Origin: Candidatus Iainarchaeum sp.
GTDB taxonomy: Archaea; Iainarchaeota; Iainarchaeia; Iainarchaeales; CSSED10-239
DNA length: 32,000 nucleotides
Reading direction: 5' to 3'
Assembly: GCA_937968065.1 (NCBI GenBank)
Contig: CALBUD010000051.1
Location: 2,821 to 34,820 of the forward strand
The position numbers were made by a program, and so were the translations under genes. Positions 25,104 through 32,000 of the stretch are shown piece by piece; the first letter of the stretch is position 1, and every line of letters starts with the position of its first letter. The notes below the pieces were generated by a model, which did no database searches, had not been told where the DNA came from, and saw only the letters and a program-made list of their open reading frames with translations.

Positions 25104-26351
25104 TTATTCTACTTGTTCTAATAACCCTGTGTTATCTTGCGTATTTTCTAATATTTCGTATACAAGTATTTTACCTGCTTCAATAGCTGCATCTTCGTCT
25201 CCTCTTTCAAATTTTTTAAGTAACTGTTCTATTTGATTAGTTAATTTTTTATGAAAGATAATTTCATTTACTTCTATTTCAGCATGTTGTTTTACTTCTC
25301 CACCTTCTTCAAATGTTACAACGGGAATCCCTTTATTAGTAACATGTTTTGCTATTTCTTCTGGTAAATTATGTTTTCTTGCATGTAATACTCCACTTGG
25401 TATAACATTTACAGGTTCTTTTGAAATAACTTCAACTACTCCACCTTTTTGTAATTTTAATAGATTGTGATTAGCTTTAGCTTTTATATTCTTTAAATCT
25501 AATAATTTAACACCAGATTTTGCAGCAAGAATATTAGTTGTTTGTCCACCTAAAAGTTGTTGTCTATTTTTATTAAGTATATCTTGAGTAGATGTCATAG
25601 AACCTAAAATATTTTGTTTGTTTCTATATCCTACGTCTGATGCTCTTGCTAATATACTTTGATAATTTTTAACATTTTGGTTTATTCCTTCTGGTCGTCT
25701 TGATTTTTTATTAAATAATCTACCTAATCCAGATATTTTTTTACCAGCTAAATCAGCTACATAATCTCCAGTGTATCCTGAACCAACATTAGTTGCTTGA
25801 GTTATATCCTGTTTATCTGCTGTTTTTCCTGTTAATTGGTTTATAGCATGTGCTGCGGTTAAACCTCATCCTATTGGATTAGATGCACCTAATAATAAAG
25901 GTGCTGCTATACTTGCATATTTTAATGCTTTATCTCCAGTATTTTTAATATCTGCTTCTCTTCCAACACCAGTAAAACTTAATGCTGTAGAAGCTAATCC
26001 TGTTATTCCTCCAATTCCACCAAGTGCTTTTAATGCTCCTGCTCCTGCAGCACCTAATTTACTTGCTTGTGCTCCAATTACTGTCGAACCTCTATTAGTT
26101 ACTGCTCCAAATGCATCTGGAACTGCTTTACTAAACACTGAAGGTGAAGCACTTTTAAAAGTATTAAATGCTTTTACACCCTCTTTTACTCCTTTAGCAG
26201 CCTGATAAAGTTGGGGAGCTGTAGCAACAGCCATCCCCAACCAATCAGTTTTTTTGTTACCAGATGAAATAACAGGAGAGGAATATAAATAAGGAGATTG
26301 AAACATACTTTGATTAAACCAGTCAATTGACTGTAATGTATTTTCATCCAT
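25104..26351 (-). CDS. 415-aa protein with an N-terminal Gly/Ala-rich hydrophobic half and a C-terminal LQKGG/EEGGE-containing half. Putative internal/ejection protein.
   Basis: Fragments 25866..26351 and 25104..25598 are in one frame and joined through the TGA at 25866. The 25599-25865 gap was read with no TAA/TAG. The ATG at 26349-26351 lies 3 nt after the upstream TAA. The stop is TAA at 25104-25106. Confidence 0.75.
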
Positions 26352-26354
26352 AGT

Positions 26355-29300
26355 TTATGCGTAACTTATTGTAAATAATGTTCTAATTGCGTTTATAATA
26401 GCGTATTTTTGACCATTATATTTTACTCTTATTTTAATATACTTGTCTCTCAATTTCATTTCGGAATTATTAGTATATACTAAATTTGACCCCGATAAAT
26501 ATCCATATTTGAATGTTATAGGTTGAATTTGAATATCCCATGAATCCTCTACATATTGCATGTTTCCTCTTAATCTTCCAACTTGTTTAATATCCAATCC
26601 TTTTTGATATATAGTTACTAATTTTTCTTTAGTTTTGTTATGTTCTCTAATTGTTAAATCTCTTACAACATTTGGAACATCTGGTCAATTCGGATTAAAT
26701 ACATTAATATCTCTACACCAAATAAAAGGTAATTTGTTTACAGATGGATTTTGTAACAAGTAATTTCTATAATTATTTGATAATTGAGCTTTTATTGTTT
26801 GAGCATTTCCTATACTTTCAGGAGGACTTAGTGAATAAATAGTATCTTTTAAATAATTTCACTCAAATCCTTCACCTACAATTTCATATTCAAGTGAATC
26901 TGGTTCAGCTCAATTAGAAATAATTTTCAAATTATCAAATATCTTTTGAATACCTTGTACTTCCGTAACAACAAATTCATATTCAAAAGGATGTTGTTCA
27001 TCATACCAAAAGGTTGGTTTAATAATTCCAGTTTCTTCTAGTGTTCCAGCGAATCCGTGCTTATATAGTATTGAACCTCTATTCGTATGAATTTTTTCAT
27101 TTGCAAATGTATAAAAAATATTATTAATATTTTCCGAAAATTCAGGAAATCATGTATATTGTGTTACTCATTTATTTTGAAGTTCATTTCAACATAAATG
27201 TCACTTTTTATTTCCATATATAAATACAAATAATACATCATGCTTAAATGCGTTGAAGTGACTCTTTATTACATATTGACTTACTGTTTTATCTCTATCT
27301 GCAATTCCTAAATTTATATTATCATTTAAAAACTTCTGAATTTTAAGATCTGATATCAATTCAAAAGTATCACCATTAGTTCTTCATATTTTTTTAGCAA
27401 CAGTATCTAAACCATATACAAATCTTGGAGTTTTTATAATACTTTCTGATCATAAAGAACCAAAAGTATCAGATAAAACTTTAGGATTTTTAGGTAATAC
27501 TGTATCAGTATTTATATAAACATTTTCTCCAGAAGCATTAGTCATCATCGCTCTCTCATTTACAGGAATCATTAATACTCCATGTTCCATTACAGCAATT
27601 AATGAACCAAATCATTCTTCTAATTTTACTAATGATCCATATTCCGAAGAATAATCTTGATAATTCTGAGATTTAAATACTCTATTTTCATTAACAAATG
27701 ATGCCTCTTGTAAAATATCTGAATAATATATTCTTGTACTAAAATTAGTTTTTATAAAAGGAACATCTGGAATTTCAAAATAAAATTTATTTCCAAGTGA
27801 ATAACTTATTCCTGAATTAATAACATTTGATTCAGGTAATTTATTCTCAGGTTTAGCGGATTGTAAAGGATAAAAACTTCTTTTCATTTTATGCAATGCT
27901 TCTTCTGCAGGTCTAGAGAAATCTACATCTCTCATTGCAAGATTAACATTAGAACATATTTTAAAAGTTATTCAGTGTCCAATAGGTACTGCATTTACAT
28001 CAGCTCTATTTATTTTAGTTGCACCAAAAGTACCATTAGCTTCAGAAAATTTCTTAAAGTCTTTTGAATCAGGCATTGTAAGTTTAGCAAGTGATATATC
28101 TTTACCATCTACCTCTGCTGTTTTTCAAGTAAATAAATCTAATACTTTTTTATATGATGCTGTTTCTGTTCCTCCTGTAATAATTCCATCTGTTGAATCT
28201 ACAATTACATTACCTCCAGAACCTCCTTGCATTATTTTTGTTGTTTCGACTCTATAATTTTTATACCAAGTATAAGGATCAACAATTTGATTATTAGTTG
28301 GTAATTCAGGATCAGTAAAATTTCACATTACTCTATGAGTATATGTATTTATATAACAGTCACCTCTATAAATTAGTTTAGTTTTATCATTTGATAAATC
28401 ATTTCAAGTCATTCTATCACTTACAGGTAAGAATGGAGAAGAATCGTTATATCTAACTCTAAAATAATCTTTTCACCTATTTGGGAAATCATAATTTTTT
28501 TGAAAAATATTATAATACTTACCAAATTCTAAATTATTATAAGTACTTGCTATATAAGTATTAAATTCACCCCTTATTTTAGTTACTCCTTCTGATCAGG
28601 TTGCTTCACTAATATTTACATCAGTTCTTAAATCTTCTAAATCCCCATTTACTGGATCTACATGTTTTCAAGAAATTTCAGGAGTGCCTGCTCTTGAACA
28701 GAACTTACTATCATTGTTATAAATCAATTCTATTCCTGGTTCAATTAAAGATAAATTAGAAAAGAAAGTACTATCGTCAAGTTCATCTCTTTTTATAAGA
28801 TTTCCTAAAGTAAATATCTTTCTATCATTCATGTTATCTGTAAATGATCCAACTAGTGGATTATGATTAAATAACTTAAGAGTAAATTCAGATGAATTAA
28901 AGAAATTATTAAATACATACGGTCTGATAGAAGCTTCTGGACAGATTAAAGCATTATTATTTATATCTTCTACTTTGAAAAAACTTCTACCTAATTTAGG
29001 TTTTGAATTTGAATCTTTAGTTAAAAAAGATTCAGTAAAATATTCAGATGAAGTAGTTATTCCTTCTGTATAAGTTCCTTTAATTAAGGGAGTAAATGCT
29101 TTTTGTGAAGTAGCGATTGCTAAACCTTGAGTTAATAATGTAGGTATTCTTTTTTGTCTTACTATAAAAAATCCTTTCGTTAAATCTTTTAAACCCGGGA
29201 TTCCTTTCTTTTCATTTCCAGATAAAACACCTTTTCGCTGTCCATCTAATACATCTGTATATTCATTAAATTTAAATTTAATACCAATAGGTTTAATAGG

Positions 29301-30617
29301 TTTACTTCCATCAAATATTCTATCATTATATTTAATTTTAAATACACCTTTAGCATTTTCAGGATTTGTAACTTTTAATGATTTTTCTAAAATAAAATCT
29401 TCTCCAAAACTTATTTCCTCATCAATAAGAAAACTATTAAACATTCCTATATTTGTATTATCTTCACTTAATTCTTTTATTCCTCTAATATTAAATACTG
29501 GAGATAATGTAAAATCATTTAATATATAAACTATACCAAATCTATAAATTTCTTCATTTCAATATCCTAATTTATAATAAATGTTTTTAGTATTATAATA
29601 TTCATATCCATCATCGTATGAATAATTCTCTTCATATCTATCATTTAAGAATCCTATGTTCTGTCTTTCAGGATTATCATATGTAATTAGTTCTGGTGTA
29701 ACATGTAAACTATATTGTTCTAATGTTTTAAACAAATCATAATTTTTAGTTACATTTCCAGCAAAAGTCATATTTTGACAATTTGTATTTGTCTCAACAG
29801 AATCAAAATTTGCAAATCTAATATTTATTTCTGATAAATCTATTTCTTCATGTTCCTCATATCCTGTTATAGATATCTCAGTAGATGTTCCATTAATTCT
29901 AAATTTATCTGCAATCCTATAACTCTTTAAAGTTTCAGTTTTATCGTCTCCAGAAGTCCTTGTATAATAAATATTTATATAATTATAGGCTAAATCTAAA
30001 TCATTTAATCTAAACTTAATAACCTTATCACTATTTTCATCTAATTGACCTCCTCTGATAGACGATGGATTATTAATCGCCCCAATATGACATACTACTT
30101 TTCCAGATTCTGAAATAAAATCAGATTCATTTCCATCAGCATCTGCTAATTTGAAGTAAAAATGATAACTACCTACAGACATTCTTCCACCATCAAATAC
30201 TCCTAAGAAATCTAATTTAACAACAGATCTAACTGTTTTAATTAATCCAGACTCTATTACAAAATTATCTTCAGTATATATGTTTGTATCAATATTCCCT
30301 TTTCTATCAGCAATTTTATAATGATTTGAATCAACTAAATAAAATCTAGAATTTACAATCTTTAAAGGATTTGTATGATCATTAACAATTAAATTGATAG
30401 AACCATCATATGATTCTTCTGAATCTAAAAAGATAGGATTATTGATATTTATCTTAGCTTTACTTGCTTGTAAAGTAAGTCTCTCTAAATCTATTTTTTC
30501 ATCGTCTCTAACTATTTTTAAGTTTTGAAACGGCGAATATTTATATATGAGTTCCCCATCTTCGGGGAACGCATATATTTTATTATTTATTACTGCATTA
30601 ATGTGTGGTAAACTCAT
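26355..30617 (-). CDS. 1420-aa large virion structural protein (tail/baseplate-type by size and position; function not identified)
   Basis: Fragments 29559..30617, 28668..29444, 27612..27935 and 26355..26597 share one frame and end in TGA, except for the final TAA at 26355-26357. All gaps were read with no TAA/TAG. There are 18 in-frame TGA. The ATG at 30615-30617 (MSLPHINAVINNKIYAF...) is preceded by tandem TAA TAA. Confidence 0.75.
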
Positions 30618-30626
30618 AATAATTTA

Positions 30627-32000
30627 TTATTCTCATAATCCTCCATCGTAATTAGGTTCTACATATATTCTTACAAATATATTTCTATCTACTACTGTGA
30701 CAGGAAAAGGTTGTGTAACTTCTTGAGCTGGTGTAGGATCATCTATTATTATATATGTTTTTAAAGAATCATATGCTGCACCATTTATATATGATATGAG
30801 CATTGTAGGATCAATATAATATGTTCCTGGAACTACTGGTCCATGTGTAAATAATGTTGTCTGTGGAAAATTCATAGGTATAATATATTCTGTACTATCT
30901 ACGAAAAATCTTCCACCTAATCCGTTACCATATCCTTGTTGAATAGGTACATAAACAACTTCTACAGTAATACTATTTCCACCAGGAGTATTAGTAATCA
31001 TTGATGCTGCTCGATACATATATCTAAATATTAAATTCACATTTGGTGGTCCAAAAGGTGTACTATTACAATCTGTTCCACAATCAAACATTCATCCAGG
31101 AACTACTCTAAAGTTTAAGTTATTTGATATATTATTATAAGATTCAGTTAAGAATTGTTGTCCTGATCCAAATAAAGTAAATGTATCATTTAATGTAAAA
31201 TTATTATTTTTGACTAATCTATGATTACTTTGGTAATTACAATAATCTTCAAATATAAAAGTATTTTTTGCTCTAGTCATAACCATATCAACAGATAATG
31301 GTGACTCTCCTGCTTTATAATATCTATAAGTTAATGAATCAACAACAGGTAGATTAGTTAAAGTACCATCTCAATAAAGATAGTGTTTAAATGGGAAACT
31401 TGGATCATTTCATACCATATAACTTGGTACAATATTACATATAAATGCATAATTTCTAGTTAAGTTTTGAGTTGGAAAAAATGCATCAGTAATTGGTTCA
31501 AATCCAGATCTATTTACACTAATTTCAGTATATACATTTGGTTGTATTTGTATTTGTATATTATTAAATCCTAATCCTTCTTGTTGTAATATTGTAGAAT
31601 TATATAATTTAGAATTTGCTCCTTGTTTTATTGTCATAAACATCATAGAACATAAATCTCAATCTAAATTGAAATTTAACGTTAAAACTGTATAATTACA
31701 TTCTAAACTTTGAGCATATACTTTATAAGTATTTTTAAATAAATTAACAAGTTCAATATAATCTTGATAATCTTGTTCTAGAGTAATAATTATAGGATAT
31801 CCATCTGTTCCTATTTGATAAGTTGCTAAAACAACATCGTCTACTTCTGGAGTTTCTCCATCTAATATAAATATATGTCTATATTGAGATTCATTAAATA
31901 AATAATCAATATATACTCCATTAATATTTTTTATAGATACAATTTTACTTGTTTTAAATAATGTATTATTGTTACATTCGTGATCTTCTTCTACAAAATT
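30627..32000 (-). CDS. Large structural protein. Partial: the N-terminus runs off the right edge, and 457 aa are visible.
   Basis: Fragments 31410..31646, 31092..31286 and 30633..31091 are in one frame and joined through TGA codons. The frame stays open up to position 32000. The gene ends ...EPNYDGGL[W]E* with TAA at 30627-30629 and a second TAA at 30624-30626. There are 5 in-frame TGA. Confidence 0.7.

Noticed and set aside
1-32000. Reading the fragmented track as a degraded region full of pseudogenes
   Set aside because: The interruptions are exclusively TGA, never TAA/TAG and never frameshifts, and the frame is preserved across more than 8 kb stretches. Conserved motifs (the helicase set, DFDID and the DUF192 W) are intact across or at the TGA positions.
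1-32000. Search for tRNA/suppressor tRNA, rRNA, CRISPR arrays, integrase or transposase genes, and terminal or inverted repeats
   Set aside because: The window is essentially saturated by ten protein-coding genes. The only non-coding stretches are 139 nt and about 74 nt, and neither folds as a cloverleaf by eye. A suppressor tRNA, if present, must lie outside this window.

Overview
This AT-rich 32-kb window is almost entirely coding on the minus strand. The standard-code ORF track is fragmented because nearly every fragment ends at an in-frame TGA. I walked each gap codon by codon. Reading TGA as sense (Trp) and only TAA/TAG as stops fuses the fragments into ten tightly packed, co-directional genes. 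By hand I count 82 in-frame TGA codons. True stops are TAA nine times and TAG once. In transcription order (high to low coordinate) the genes are: a partial large structural protein; a 1420-aa structural protein; a 415-aa protein with Gly/Ala-rich hydrophobic segments; an 88-aa basic protein; a 191-aa DUF192-domain protein; an 88-aa Ala/Gly/Pro/Met-rich protein on a local GC-rich island, followed by the only clear rho-independent terminator; a 1419-aa tape-measure/ejection-like protein; a 615-aa protein; a 2936-aa giant with a complete SF1B (RecD/Dda/Pif1-like) helicase motif set embedded mid-protein; and a giant of more than 2947 aa carrying an RxPxQS...DFDID double-psi-beta-barrel signature typical of crAss-like virion RNA polymerases. 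My best interpretation is the late virion/cargo/virion-RNAP module of a TGA-recoded crAss-like (Crassvirales-type) phage. That assignment is inference from motifs and architecture, not from any database search. The most unusual points are the helicase buried in a giant putative cargo protein next to the RNAP, and a recurring basic-aromatic-x-x-Gly-Gly motif at the extreme N-termini of several consecutive gene products. No tRNA, rRNA, CRISPR array or mobile element was seen.
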